DNA of 64,000 bases from Mobula hypostoma (GCF_963921235.1 NC_086128.1:10106001-10170000); one strand, 5' to 3'. Shown: positions 1 through 12,835, counted from the first letter of the stretch. Numbers and translations are program-made. The notes: a model not told the origin generated them from the sequence alone.

Positions 1-1260
1 GGGCTCATTATTCTTTCCCTCCTTCTTCTCCCTTCTTCAGACAAATTTTCTGAACTGTGTATCAGTACAAATGACATGGCCATGACCTCAGCCTTATCCC
101 TACTGGAGACTGCAGTTTCCTCCTCAGATATCATTACTGGATATTCCCATTCCCTTCTATCTCCTCCCATCCTCTTAATCATTCCCCATATCTCTCCCAC
201 AGGTGTTGTTCTTCCTACCTTGTCGCAAAAACTCCTCCAACTTGCCCTTTTAGCTTGACGTATAGTTCTTCTCACCACTGCCTGTGCTTTCTTATATTGA
301 ACCAAATGCTGCATATTATGGGTTCTTTTAACTAGCCTGAATGCTCTATTTCTGTTTTTTACAGCCTGACACCATTCCTCTGTCCACCATGGTACCAGTT
401 TTCTATTCATCCTATTTTTACTCCTAGGTATAGATCCTTCTGCTGCCATGATAATTGCTGAAGTCACCTGACTGTTTAATTCATCTACATTTCCAGAAAT
501 ATCAATCTTTGTCAACCCTTCTTCACTCAACTTCTGGAACTTACCCCAATCAGCTTTTTCAAACACCCACTTTGGGGTTCCGCCACCTGGTCTTACTTCA
601 ACTCTTTCACCCACTGAACACAAAACTGGGTAGTGATCACTGCCTACTGTTGAAGCAGTCCAAACTCCCCAGTTACTAACTCCAGCCAAGGTATTAGACA
701 CTAACGTAATATCTAACACTGACTCAGTTCCTGTTGTTATATCTATCCTTGTGCCGCTACCATCATTCATACACACCAAATCCCTTTCTTCCATCAAATC
801 CTCAATTACCTTTCCATTTGGATCTGTAATCTGATCCCCCCCATATTGTGCTATGAGCATTGAAATCTGCACACCACACTACTTTATGTCTGTTTTGTCC
901 TTGTATCTTTAATAGGCTGTCCAAATCCAATCTTTTACATGGATTGTAGTAGTTAATTATAACCACTCCCTCCCCTCTCTCCCACACTTCCACCACTATG
1001 TATTCCTGATCATCTCCTTTCTCCAGTACTCTATATGGTATAACTTGCTTGATTAACATAGCACAACCCCCTCCTCCCCCTAGATTTCTATCTTTCCTTA
1101 TCATTGTATACCCATATACCACAAAGTCTAAAGTTGGTTTCAACCAAGTTTCCTGAATACACACTACATCCAGTTTTACAACCATTTCTTTAATAAAGTG
1201 CTTGAATTCCTGGCTATTGGCCAGTAAGCTCCTTGCATTCCATTGTAAAAGAATCACCAT
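1..1260 (-). pseudogene. LINE ORF2 N-terminus (APE endonuclease plus linker) with a single +1 frameshift
   Basis: MVILLQWNARSL...QETWL...ADFNAH. Removing one G from the G7 run at 836-842 continues as WGDQITDPNGKVIED...GSDHYPV...VPWW, which I read as open to the window edge. Confidence 0.82.
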
Positions 1261-1268
1261 AATTAGTA

Positions 1269-2501
1269 TTAACCAACACATGACACTTCCTGGCTTGACT
1301 GATTACTGAGGTTCTCCCTCACTTCCTCCCATGTCAGTCCTACTAACCCTAAATGGTTTACTGCTGCTTTTACCACCAGCTGAATTTTGTCACTTTTTGA
1401 CTTTACCTCAGCAGTACTATTAATCACTCCTGCAATGAATGTTACTAGAGCCTTTTTGTCTACATAAATCCTGTCATTTGTGCTTTGTTGCATCTCTCGT
1501 ATCCCTATTGCTCCCTGTTCATTAGGAGCATTATTCTGTTCTCTTGACATTCTTACAGCTTCTGCATAAGTGATCTTTCTTTTCACTCTTATTTCTTGAA
1601 TTTTAGTCTCCCGTCTCACAACCTCACACCCACTATATGCAACATTATGAGCTCCTCCACAATTGCAGCATTTTGGTTGAACTCCTGTTCCACACTTTCC
1701 ATATTCATGATCACCCCCACATCTAGCACATCTCCTCTGCCTTTTACAGTTTTTAGCCACGTGTCCAAACCTTTGACAATTATAGCACCTCAATGGCTTT
1801 GGCACATACGCCCTTACTGGGTAACTCATGAAACCCAGGAACACCTTCCTTGGCACTCTTTCTTCTTCAAATTCAATCAATACTGATTCACTTTCCTTTT
1901 TCACTCCCTCCTTTGTTGTTTTCAGTCTTTGAACATTCATTACTTTCCCTCCTTTGATATTCCTCTTGATCTCCTCCATATTTATACTCATTGGTATCCC
2001 CATGATCACTCCTTTACAACCACTGTTTTGTGCTCCCACCCTCCCAGTGTATTCCACCTTGCATTTTCCTATCTCTTTTAGCTTGAGTGCTTTCTCAAGT
2101 TGTTCCTCACTCGCACATCTTACCAATAAGTTGCCATCATTAAGGACTTTTGCAAATACTATTTCCCCTATCTTATTTGTCAGAGTTGTTGTTAGCACAA
2201 ACGGGTTAATTTTCTTCATATGTCCCTGAGCCTTCTCATTAAACCTAATTATGACAACACCTCCTCTCTGAGCTTGTTCATCTTCCTCACTTTCAGAGCT
2301 TTCTCCACCATCATTTCTTATTCTTTTATTCCCTTTGTCTTGGTTTTTATTCATCCGACCCCTCACTACCTCCTCATTCCCTTTATTTCTCCCTTCACAA
2401 TAATCCACCTCTCCCCAGCTGCCTACCTCTGGTCCCAAGTCTCTATCCCTCTCCTTCTCCACTTTCTTTCCCTCAACCCCACCTCTTATCTTGTCCGCCA
2501 T
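1269..2501 (-). CDS. LINE ORF1, gag-like nucleic-acid-binding protein (~410 aa from ATG MADKIRGG)
   Basis: Uninterrupted ORF with PLRCYNCQRFGHVAKNC, RCARCGGDHEYGKC and KCCNCGGAHNVAYSGC zinc knuckles and an ITYAEA motif. The ORF-track start at 2717 is probably 5'UTR read-through. Confidence 0.88.
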   Translation of the reverse strand: MADKIRGGVEGKKVEKERDRDLGPEVGSWGEVDYCEGRNKGNEEVVRGRMNKNQDKGNKRIRNDGGESSESEEDEQAQRGGVVIIRFNEKAQGHMKKINPFVLTTTLTNKIGEIVFAKVLNDGNLLVRCASEEQLEKALKLKEIGKCKVEYTGRVGAQNSGCKGVIMGIPMSINMEEIKRNIKGGKVMNVQRLKTTKEGVKKESESVLIEFEEERVPRKVFLGFMSYPVRAYVPKPLRCYNCQRFGHVAKNCKRQRRCARCGGDHEYGKCGTGVQPKCCNCGGAHNVAYSGCEVVRRETKIQEIRVKRKITYAEAVRMSREQNNAPNEQGAIGIREMQQSTNDRIYVDKKALVTFIAGVINSTAEVKSKSDKIQLVVKAAVNHLGLVGLTWEEVRENLSNQSSQEVSCVG

Positions 2502-2806
2502 TACCGGACCCACACGACCCCCTCCCAGCAATTTCCGTTCCTTCCCCACTCTCTTTCCCTCAACAGGTTCCAAAACACACTCACACATCAAGCAAAACAC
2601 AGCCAGCTTCCAGCAGCAGCCCACACTCCCCTTGACCCCACCGATTCTCTGCCCTGAACGAAGATGAACAAAACAGAGAGAACTTAACCAGAGAAACAAA
2701 ACAAGGCACAGGTGCACTGATAACTAAAATGAGACACAGGTGGAAATTATCAACAGATGAGTGGGGGGGGTGGGGGGGGTGTAGGAGCTTGGTGCCTGGA
2801 GGACTC

Positions 2807-2825
2807 TGGCGCCTCCTGGTGATCA
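2807..2825 (-). promoter_or_regulatory. Candidate CTCF-binding motif
   Basis: Minus strand TGATCACCAGGAGGCGCCA resembles the CTCF core TGGCCACCAGGGGGCGCTA. Motif match only. Confidence 0.35.
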
Positions 2826-2929
2826 GATGAAGCATGACTGTAGGGAATCCCTGCTCCTTCAGTATTGGATGTCACATTCAATTGTGATGCATCTGAGGCA
2901 GCAAAATGGCCCATAGAGATGGTTGAAAG

Positions 2930-4582
2930 CTAAAGCAAAAACTTATCAGCTTCCTCTTAATAATTTCTCCTTTGGCTCCACCCACTTCCTTCAAACTAAA
3001 GGTGTAGCCATGGGCACCCATATGGGTCCCAGCTATGCCTGCCTGTTTGTTGGCTATGTAGAACAGTCCATGTTCCAAGCCTATACTGGTATCCGCCCCC
3101 CACTTTTCCTTCACTACATCGACGACTGCATTGGCGCTGCTTCCTGCATGCATGCTGAGCTTGTTGACTTCATCAACTTTGCCTCCAACTTTCACCCTGC
3201 CCTCAAATTTACCTGGTCCATTTCCGACACCTCCCTCCCCTTTCTTGATCTTTCTGTCTCTATATCTGGAGACAGCTTATCTACTCATGTCTACTATGAG
3301 TCTACTGACTCTCACAACTATCTGGACTATTCCTCTTCTCACCCTGTCTCTTGCAAAAATGCCATCCCCTTCTCTCAATTCCTCCATCTCCGCTGCATCT
3401 GCTCTTAGGATGAGGCTTTTCATTCCAGGACGAGGGAGATGTCCTCCTTTTTTAAAGAAAGGGGCTTCCCTTCCTCCACTACCAACTCTGCTCTCAAACG
3501 CATCTCTCCCATTTCACGCACATCTGCTCTCACCCCATCTTCCCGCCACCCCACTAGGGATAGGGTTCCCCTTGTCCTCACCTACCATCCCACCAGCCTC
3601 CGGGTCCAACATATAATTATCCATAACTTCCACCACCTCCAACGGGATCCCACCACCAAGCACCTCTTTCCCTCCCCCTCACTTTCTGCTTTCTGCAGGG
3701 ATCGCTCCCTACGCGACTCCCTTGTCCATTTGTTTCCCCCCCCCCCACCATCCCTTCCCACCGATCTCTCCTGGCACTTATCCTTGTAAGCGGAACAAGT
3801 GCTACACATGTCCTTACACTTCCTCCCTCACCACCATTCAGGGCCCCAGACAGTCCTTCCAGGTGAGGCGACACTTCACTTGTGAGTCGGCTGGGGTGAT
3901 ATACTGCGTACAGTGCTCCCGATGTGGCCTTCTATATATTGGTGAGACCTGACGCAAACTGGGAGACCATTTCGCTGAACACCTATGCTCTGTCCGCCAG
4001 AGGAAGCAGGATCTCCCAGTGGCCACACATTTTAATTCCACGTTCCATTCCCATTCTGATATGTCTATCCGCGGCTTCCTCTACTGTTGAGATGAAGCCA
4101 CACTCAGGTTGGAGGAACAAGTGTATTCCGTCTGGGTAGCCTCCAACTTGATGGCATCAACATTGATTTCTCTAACTTCCGTTAATGCTCCTCCTCTCCT
4201 TCTTACCCCATCCCTCCTATTTATTTTATTTTATCTTATTTTTTGTTTGTTTATTTTCTACTTCTCTTTTTCCTTCTCACAATAACTCCTTGCCTGTTCT
4301 TCATCTTCCTCTGGTGCTCCCCTCCCGCTTTCTTTCTTCCCAGACCTTCCGTCCTATGATACTCCCCATTCTCCAGCCTTGTATTCTTTTTGCCAATCAA
4401 CTCCCCAGCTCTTAGCTTCATCCCTCCCCCTCCTGTCTCCTCCTATCATTTCGGGTCTCCCCCTCCCTCTCCCACTGTAGAAGACTGTACTTCTTCCTAT
4501 TGATGCTGCCTGGCCTGCTGTGCTCCACCAGCATTTTGTGTGTGTTGCTTGAATTTCCAGCATCTGCAGATTTTCTCGTGTT
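2930..4582 (+). mobile_element. Penelope-like element, 5'-truncated (RT C-terminus, GIY-YIG endonuclease, 3' pLTR)
   Basis: QTKGVAMGTHMGPSYA and YIDD RT motifs; VIYCVQCSRCGLLYIGET GIY-YIG domain; stops and frameshifts; terminal repeat GATGCTGCCTGGCCTGCTG...CAGCATCTGCAGA. Confidence 0.9.
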
Positions 4583-5139
4583 TACATCAGCAAAAATTAT
4601 GTGTTTTCAAAGGATATTATTAAGTGGCAATGACAGAACCTGGGAATTACCATATAATAGGGTAAAAATAGGAAGAAAAACCATGTTGTTTCTGTGACCA
4701 CAAGGGCATTGCTACCTGTCTGGGTAATCTAATGTAGATAACGAATGGACAACACTAAGGAAGAGTTGTTCACTAACAGGCCCAGAGACTAAGGGTGGGG
4801 GAGGTTGGAGAGGATGCAATATGCAAGGAGAATGGGGTGAGAGTAGATTTTTGGAGAAGTGGTTGATGTCAGCAGACATGTGAGGAAAGAAAAAATATTT
4901 GAGGAGAGGACGCTATCGACAACTCTAAATAACACTGATATCTCAAATAGAAAGTTGCTCTCCCAGATGAGTTTGAAGGGGACTGTAGTGGCTACTTGAG
5001 TAAACTGTTTCTTTCTTCTCCTTCCAGACAATTCATGCAACAGTCATCTAGGCTAGAGGTTACCAGCACTTATCCCAGTACCGAGTGATCTTTACCACCA
5101 CTCTCTGTCAAGTCGAAGTCATGATGCTCCAAGAGCTGT

Positions 5140-8100
5140 AGCTCCTCAAACCTCTGTCTCCTGTACAAGACAGATCTTGGTATAGGCCTGTCCAGACGCT
5201 GGTCTTGGTCTTGATGCGTACCTGTCGCACAAATTCTTTTGGAAAAGCTTGAAAGATTCTTCCCATAATCCTTGAAATTTGAGGCGCTGTGTCATTAACT
5301 ATGAGCACAATATCTTCTGGGAGGAAATTTCGTCTTATCCTTGACCATTTCTAATGCTCCTGTAGCTGTGGTAAATACTCATTGACCCACCATTTCCAAA
5401 ATAAGTTTAACATGTATTGGACTTAATTCCATCTACGATGAGCATAAACATCTTCCTTTTGGAACTCTTCTGGCAGTAAGGATGGTGAGGTCTTCAGAAG
5501 CAACAGATGGTTGGGTGATAACACTTCCAAATCATTGGGATGAGATGATGCTTTCGTAATCCCATGCCTCATCACTGTACTCCTTCTGGTTTTCACCTCA
5601 AAAGGTCCAAAGTAGTACATACCTACATGTGTGAATGGAGGTTCATTTGGAGAGACCCTGTCGAGAGGTAGAGCTGCCATGTACTGGCATTCTGGACTTA
5701 CGTGCAACCATCAACAAACAACACACTTAGACAGGACTCTTCTTATTGCTGCACTAGCACCAAGAATCCAATATCTTTGGCACAACCTTGGTAATGTGTA
5801 GTTATGGTCACCGTGTCCAACTTCTTGATGTACGTGTCTCAGAATGAGGTCTGAGATGTGAAGATCCTTTGCCAGTATAACAGCATGTTTAAACTCTTCA
5901 GGCATGGCTGCCCTACTAAGCTGTCCACCAACTCTCAAGACACCATCTTCAAATACTGGACTGAGCTTGAAAATATGGCTGTTCCTTTATACACTTTCTC
6001 CCCTTTGCAAACTTGAGAATTCACCTGGAAATCTCTTTCTTTGACAAAACCCAATGATCTCCATTTCAGCCTTTCTGAGCTCTACCACCGAGAGACAAAC
6101 TTGGCCAATCTGACCTTTGGCCTTCTCACTCTCTCTCCAAGAATATCTTTGTTGTTCATCGTCCAGGTCAGACTGAGAGTAAACAATATTCAATTGCTTC
6201 TTGTTCTTTTTAATAAATATGAGCAGCTTCTTAGATCTAAGAATCCAGGCCACCGTCTTCCTCAAATGGGTCCAAGACTAGAAGTGATGGTTTATACATG
6301 TTACCATGTCCACCTCCTCTACAATCTACATGACATTCATTGTAACACTCCCCTTGACCCCTGGATCATCTAGAAAGGCTGAAATGCTTCAGAACAATTG
6401 GGATTCACAGCTTTCAGGCTGAAGAAGATACTGAGGTCCTGACATCCATGTCTCATTCTTCAGGAAAGCCTTCACCTTCAATCCTCATCTGCTGGGTTAC
6501 CTGAAATGTTTACATACCTCCATTGAGATGCTTGTGAGACCTTAAGAATTTCTGAAACAAAGTTAGCAATGAAGGTTCAGAACCTGGAAGTTTCATTCTT
6601 GATATACTTCAGCACAGAAGTACTATCTGTCCAAATAGTGAGCCCTGAAGTTTCGTGTGCAACTCCTTCCTCCACAATGTGTCCAGACGGCTTGCCATCG
6701 TAGCAGCAATGAGCTTAATATAAGGGATAGAAACCGACTTCAATGGAGCTACCCTAGATTTTCCCATAATGAAAGCACTGTGCACCTGAGAGTATGTGTT
6801 GTGCAACAATAGACCGGTCACTGCTCCATAGCCATCTTTGCTTGCATCCCTAAAGTAGTGTAACTGCACAGCAGCAACTTCTCCAAAATCCAAGGATTTC
6901 AAACATCTAACAACCTTGAAATCTTCCAACTGGCAGAGTTCTTCCAGCCAGATTGCCCACTTGTGAGCAACTGATGTTGGTATAGCGTCGTCCCAGCCAA
7001 GCCCTTTCTTACATAGATCTTGTAGAATCTTCTTAGCAGATAACACCACTGGACACAAGATTCCTGAAGGGTCATAGATGGAACTAAGTGTGGAGAGGAT
7101 CCCCCTCTGCTAAGCGGCCTATCTTGGATCATGATCTTAAACTTGAAAGAATCACACTGAATACACCACTGCACACCCAGTACTCTCTCCACTGAAGGAA
7201 TTTCTTGATCCAAATCCAAATCTTTCATGTCTTTCTCTCTTTGCTCTTCTGATATTACAGATAGCACACTATATCTGTTACTTATCCACTTTGTGAGTCG
7301 AAAGCTGCCTTTAGCACAAATGGATATGATAGAGAGATACCGCTTCTTCCTCAGAGGACACTGACACAAGGCAGTCATCAGCATAGAAGCAATGCAAAAC
7401 CTTATCCACTGTCTCACAGCTGAACTGTTCTTCATCATCTTCTGCACTTTTCCTAAGAGCAAAATTGACACAGTTCAGTGATGAAGTTGCTCCAAAGAAT
7501 GTACCACCATTATAAAGTCCACCATATCTTGGTTGAGGTCACCATTAGACCACCAGAGAAACCTCAGCAGATCTGCATCTTCCGCTAGTACCTTAACCTG
7601 ATGAAACATTGGTTCAACATCTGCTAGGATCACCACTGGTTCTTTTCTGACTCTGGCTATGACTCCAATCAGTGAACTAGTAAGATCTGGTCCCTGTAAC
7701 AACTAAGCATTAAGTGACGTTTCCTGAAAGGTTGCTCCACAGTCTAACACAACGTGGTTTCCCTTTTCTGGGGTGGTAAACACCATAATGTCGAATATAC
7801 CAGCCCTTCACATCACTGCATTGCAGGTCCTCTTCTGGCACTCTTTCAACATAACCTTTGGAATTGACATCCTTTATGAAAGCTGTGCAGTCAGCGTGAA
7901 GTGACAAATCCTCCTTGAACCTCTTCCTTAGATTCAGATCACACTGTTTAGCAATCTTTCCAGCTCCAACTGAACTTGTGATCTTCCCTTGACAAACCAG
8001 TTTGTTCATCCTGATTGCATTCAGGGAAGTTTGCTTTAAACTGCTGCTGCCAAACCTCATCCAAGTTCAAGACTGAAATCCTGCTAATTGTCAGTTCTGA

Positions 8101-8410
8101 CCAAGCATGGTCTCTTCAACAACCACGGTCTCCGTTCAATGGTCCATTACAGTCCAACCCAGCATTGTTCTGATTGCATGGGGTCCATCATTAACATTGA
8201 GAATCACTTGCAACGGCTCCAATGCCTTAGAGACATTCACTCCTATCAGCAGCTCAATTCCTGGCAAATGAATATGCTTCCGGTGTGACCGTTCCTGAAG
8301 ATCCCTCTGACAAGGAATGTTCCCTTTGTGGACAGGCATCCTTCCCTGCATATAGATGTTAGGTAGCTCACAGTAGTTTTCACTATCATTTGCTCCCATC
8401 ATCTGAACCT
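5140..8410 (-). mobile_element. BEL/Pao LTR retrotransposon pol (RT, RNase H, integrase), degenerate
   Basis: LQGPDLTSSLIGV..ADVEPMFHQV (RT); FRDASKDGYGAV and MGKSRVAPLK (RNase H); H..GH..RYWI..CVVC (integrase Zn finger); [13 protein letters not shown]; SPNHLL. Many stops and frameshifts, and most of the integrase core is deleted near 5560. Confidence 0.9.
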
Positions 8411-8724
8411 GGATTATTAAACACTACTGTATCCAACTCAGGACAGAGTTCAAGCCACAGGTTAGAAATATCCAGGTGTAAGATATAATTCTCTTTTTCT
8501 CTCTCATTCAGTTTCTCAGTCAGTCACTGTCTTCGTATTATCCCCAAAGGGATGATTGTTCAAACCTCCGTCTCCTTAGCCCTTTTCCCCAAGTTCAAGG
8601 ATAAAGTAGAGACCTTGAGATCCCCGGAGCTTAAAGAATGATTCAGGAGTCCAGACGTCCCAATCCACCTGTGTTCCCACTTGTGACGGAGAGTGCTCAG
8701 TAACCACATTCCGTACACATGTGC

Positions 8725-8728
<4 letters not shown>

Positions 8729-8765
<37 letters not shown>
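8729..8765 (+). repeat. (AC)n microsatellite
   Basis: About 18 perfect AC units. Confidence 0.97.
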
Positions 8766-8766
<1 letters not shown>

Positions 8767-10677
8767 CCTTTTCATTCTGTTGTCATTACACTGAGCATGT
8801 GCACACTTCCCCCGGTATCTTCTCATAATGGATCCTAAAGGATTTGATTTTATGTTTCACTTCCCTCCGTACACGGCAGAATATTCCACTTCTTTAGAAA
8901 TGGGGATGTGTAAATGCGTCTATTGTTTTTATACTGTATACAGTATTTAAGGTAGATACTTCTGCTTATTTTGTAACATGATTGTGGATGCATCATATTC
9001 TGAGTGATGTGTCATCTTAAATTAACTTTGTGGGTAATTAAAGGTGGTATGTCCTGGTGTCTAAAAATACAGGGTGGATTGCTCCTGGTAGGAGAGAGAG
9101 AGATCGAGCAGCCAGTTCATTTTGGGATACTATGGAGCTGTTTGTTGTATTTTCTGTAAATATTGGCAGTTCTCTTTTTGCTATTTCTCTAAAGTGCTAA
9201 GCAACTTCAGCCATTTTTCTTCAGTCACTATACACACATCACAAAACCACGGTATGACCTATCAAATTAATTCCCCACCTTGGTCTTTTCCATAGTTCAG
9301 GAACTTTTTTCTCACTTCATTTGAGTCAGTGATAGTAAACCCGATTCTTGGAAAATCAGTTGAAGTCGAAGTGAGCTGATGGTTTGCTAACAGAGTACCT
9401 ACCAATATTCATTCGCATGGCATTGTAGTGGCTGATGCTCAATTTAGTGAATCTTGCCTATTGCGACCAGCTAACTGGAAGTAAACTGGGTGCTGATTTG
9501 CAGTTCTGTTGGAAGGAATATTCACCATTTATGTCCTCCTGTTGCTGGAAGTGCCTCTGAGTGTCTGAACCTCACTGAGACATTTCAGGGCTGGGCACAG
9601 AACGAGGGGAGGAGGGGGCTTCATGGCATAGTTGGCACTGGACCATTTATTATGGTCACATGTACCGAAATACAGTGAAAAGCCTTTATTTGCCTGGGTT
9701 CCTGCTCTTGCAGCATCTCTGGGCAATGGAAAGCCCGAAAGCCCCTTGGTCATTTGCCTGCCTATAGGGAAGATCCCACTGGAGGGAAAGAATGTGGAAG
9801 AGGAGGACATGAGGGCCACATTCCCCTCTGCATAGACTTTATTCTTCTTGAAGGGCTTCATCTTCAGCCTTAGCCCATTAGAAAACTCATGCCCCTTGGA
9901 ACATTCCAATCCTGGCCAAAATCCATTTGCAACAGATCCCTGCCTATGACACTACAAATGCACAGCACAGTTCGTCACCTGCTGATTAAGTGTGGGAATC
10001 CGTAAGTGCTGACTTCACAACAGGAAGACCCTTCTTTAAATTTGCACTATTTGCATCAGGGTTAATATTGAATTTTCGATTCTTTGAATGGTGGTCTAAA
10101 CTTGGATTTTCCACTGACGTTCATTTTACAATGTAGTGTGGTACTCTGATCGGTGTATTGGCCAACAGCCAATCTTCCAGGACAACAAACTTATTGTTCA
10201 TTTAGTCGTCCCTTGATCCATGTAGGGCAGAGGCTGTACCAGCTCCCTGGCCAGGTAGTTGGACCACAAGAACCTGCAGCAATGAGGCTGCCAATAACAT
10301 TTTGACAACAGTCTAGGAGCAAGCTAACAGTCGGCTTTCTCATTGAGTGAGATAGGAAGTTCCAGAGGGAAGGTCAAAGATTTATTCTTCAGTGTGGCAA
10401 CATCAAGAGGAAATATCCTCCTGATCTGATGTTTCCTGGAAGACTTTCAGAGGGAACAAATCAATTGAATGTGAATCCATCAGCCATGCACTGGACAATG
10501 GGCAATCTGTACAAATAAATGAGTTCCCAAGATTAATAATGCATGCCTCTGGCTGAACTGTCTCTTTTGCAATGGAGTGGTAAGTGATGAGTTCCCTATG
10601 GGCTTGTTTGATAGTTAGATGTCTACGAACCCCAGAATGTAACTCATAACAAGCCCTCACCACTGCATCTAATTCTC

Positions 10678-10812
10678 TTCTGAAGAAGGGTCTCAGCCCA
10701 AAATGTCAACTGTTTATTCATTTCCATGGATAATGCCTGACCTGCTGAGCTCCTCCAGCATTTTGTGTGTGTTGCTGTGGATTTCCAGTATCTGCAGAAG
10801 CTCTCGTGTTCT
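10678..10812 (+). mobile_element. Short Penelope pLTR-derived repeat with a degenerate hammerhead motif
   Basis: CTGAAGA-AGGGTCTCAGCCC-AAAA-TGTC followed by the same tail as at 4490-4582. Confidence 0.75.
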
Positions 10813-11039
10813 CTTCCACTGACCTCAATGGCAAACAAAATCACCACGAACTTTTGTGAAACTGTCTTGGATCTGAAACGTTAACTTTGTTTCTTCTCCA
10901 AGATGCTGCCTGACGAGCTGAGTATTTCCAGCTTTTTATGTTTTTATTTTATATCTCCCCACTTATGTCATAAGCTATGTTTACATAGCCTATAGCGCAG
11001 ACAAAGAACAGTTTCTGCCAGTGCTTTTGATTCATCAAT

Positions 11040-11640
11040 GTGATATGCCCATCCCTGTCAGTCCTTCAGAAGATGGTCACGAGTTGCCTTCTTCAGCTGC
11101 CACAGTCCTGTTGAAAGTGTGTCTGCACTGCTTTTGGTGTGACAATTCCAGGACTTACACTCAGTAATACTGAAGGAACGTCAATAGATTTCCAAATTAG
11201 GATGGTGTATAACTTGGAAGAGAAGCAGTAGGTCAGGGGCTCCCAAACAAGAGTCATAAAAAAAGAGATGGGGTTTCTGCCCTCACTCTTTGATGGCATA
11301 GATGAAGGTGCTGACAGAATGGCCAAGTCACTGCAGTGAACATGGTGGATGGTACATTCTGCAGCGCTGAGAACCGCGGTGTAAGGGATGAATATTTAAA
11401 GTAGTGGGCAGCCTGCAATCAGTAATTTTCCTTGCCCTCGAGCAGGTTGAGTTTCCTGAAGGTTGGACCTGCACGTGCAGGCAAGTTGGAAGTATTCCAT
11501 CACACTCCTGATTTGTGCCTTGGAGATGGTGGACTGGATTTGGGCTTCTAAATGTGAGTCACTCGTTACAGAACTCACTTTTCACAACTGGATGGCTAAA
11601 CCTCTGGTCATGTTCACTCAGCATACCCAACAACCACTCC
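11040..11640 (-). mobile_element. Ancient CR1-group LINE 3' remnant
   Basis: STISKAQIRSVMEYFQLAC resembles the LINE RT C-terminal Y..RS.MEY motif; related to 45060-45640. Confidence 0.55.
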
Positions 11641-11899
11641 TCCAACCATAACCCTGCACCAGTCCAACTATTAACGCACATGTGCCAAATGAAAGACAAG
11701 AGGCTGGTGTCATTGGTGATCATCAATCTAATGAAGAGCAGAGCTTGCTTCAGTGATACAATTACCTCCTTCTATGGAACCGCATGTGTGGAGGGAAATG
11801 GACAGTCAACATTTTGGGCCTTGATTCTTTATCTGGACATCCAGGTGAAAGATCTCAATCCAAAATATTGACTGAAATGAAAGGGAAGATTGGTAGCTC

Positions 11900-12065
11900 A
11901 GGTTGGCTGCTTGCTTGTAGGGTTTGTTCACAGAGCCTGGAGGTTAGGTCGTAAACGTTCCATCACCAGTCAAGATGACCTCATCAGCGCGCAGTTGAGT
12001 GTTGTTTCTACCAGGTGCTCGCGTTTATATTGGTCCGACTCATTTTGATTGGTTGGCTGTCATGC
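11900..12065 (-). mobile_element. Second Penelope-type terminal fragment with a hammerhead-like motif
   Basis: Minus strand CTGATGA-GGTCATCTTGACTGGTGAT-GGAA-CGTT at about 11952-11987. Confidence 0.5.
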
Positions 12066-12835
12066 TAGCTGCCAGTCTCCACTGAGTCCCGGCCAACCAG
12101 AAAGCTGAGTGATCCCCAGGGATATGGGCCAGTAGAGATCACACAGCTATCCACTTGGCCGGGACCAAGTGGAGCCTAGAGGCCAGCGCAACAGCTTTGA
12201 AAAACAAAGAAAATCAACAAGAAGTTGCAAATAAGTGAAAGCAGCTTCCCAAATCCTGAAGGTTCAACCCCAGTTCTTTTTCTAAAGGAAGGAACACATC
12301 CCTGTTGCTCCAAGGTAGCCTGTTGTGCAATGTCCTTTCTACAATGTGACTTGTGAATGAAGTGCTCTCATTAGAAAGGCACTGGCTGTGATCACTTTCA
12401 TTATTTGACACCTTCTTCAAAAGGGGCTGTGATAATTAACAGTGAGGCCTGTGGTGGAACTGTCATTAAAAGGAGTCCTGATGCCTGTGTGGCCTTAAAG
12501 GACTGAGAGAATGTGCCCTTAATGGAGAGGGAGGGTCAAGAGTAACCTCAGGTTCTTGAGTCCTTACCTCCTTGGCAAACTGGCGTGTGGCAACAATGGA
12601 TATTCTTTACTGGTGGGAGTGGCAGCCTTGCAGGGCAGGTGAAGGCAAGGCTTGCATTACAGGGGCATCAGCAGTGAGTGTATTGTCATCCAACAGTAAT
12701 GGAGACTGATATGACCATTGGATGGTTTCTCGAGCACACATTTTGGCCTGGCACCTGTGGGGGACGGGGTTCTGTCCCTGGGCATCAACTGGGATGCTGA
12801 GAGGGTGGGAGGGTGACAAACAATAGTGGAGTATT

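Larger units (their letters stand above)
1..2670 (-). mobile_element. I-group (Nimb-like) non-LTR retrotransposon, 5' portion; runs off the window start
   Basis: Gag-like ORF1 with three CCHC knuckles, followed after 8 nt by an ORF2 that starts with an APE endonuclease (QWNARSL, CIQETWL, DFNAH, SDHYP). 5' boundary approximate. Confidence 0.85.

Noticed and set aside
8560-8826. Cys/Val-rich ORFs
   Set aside because: These are translations of the (AC)n microsatellite.
8880-9480. LTR of the BEL element
   Set aside because: It has LTR-like composition after a purine tract, but no matching second LTR near 4600-5140 and orientation is inconsistent with the minus-strand pol.
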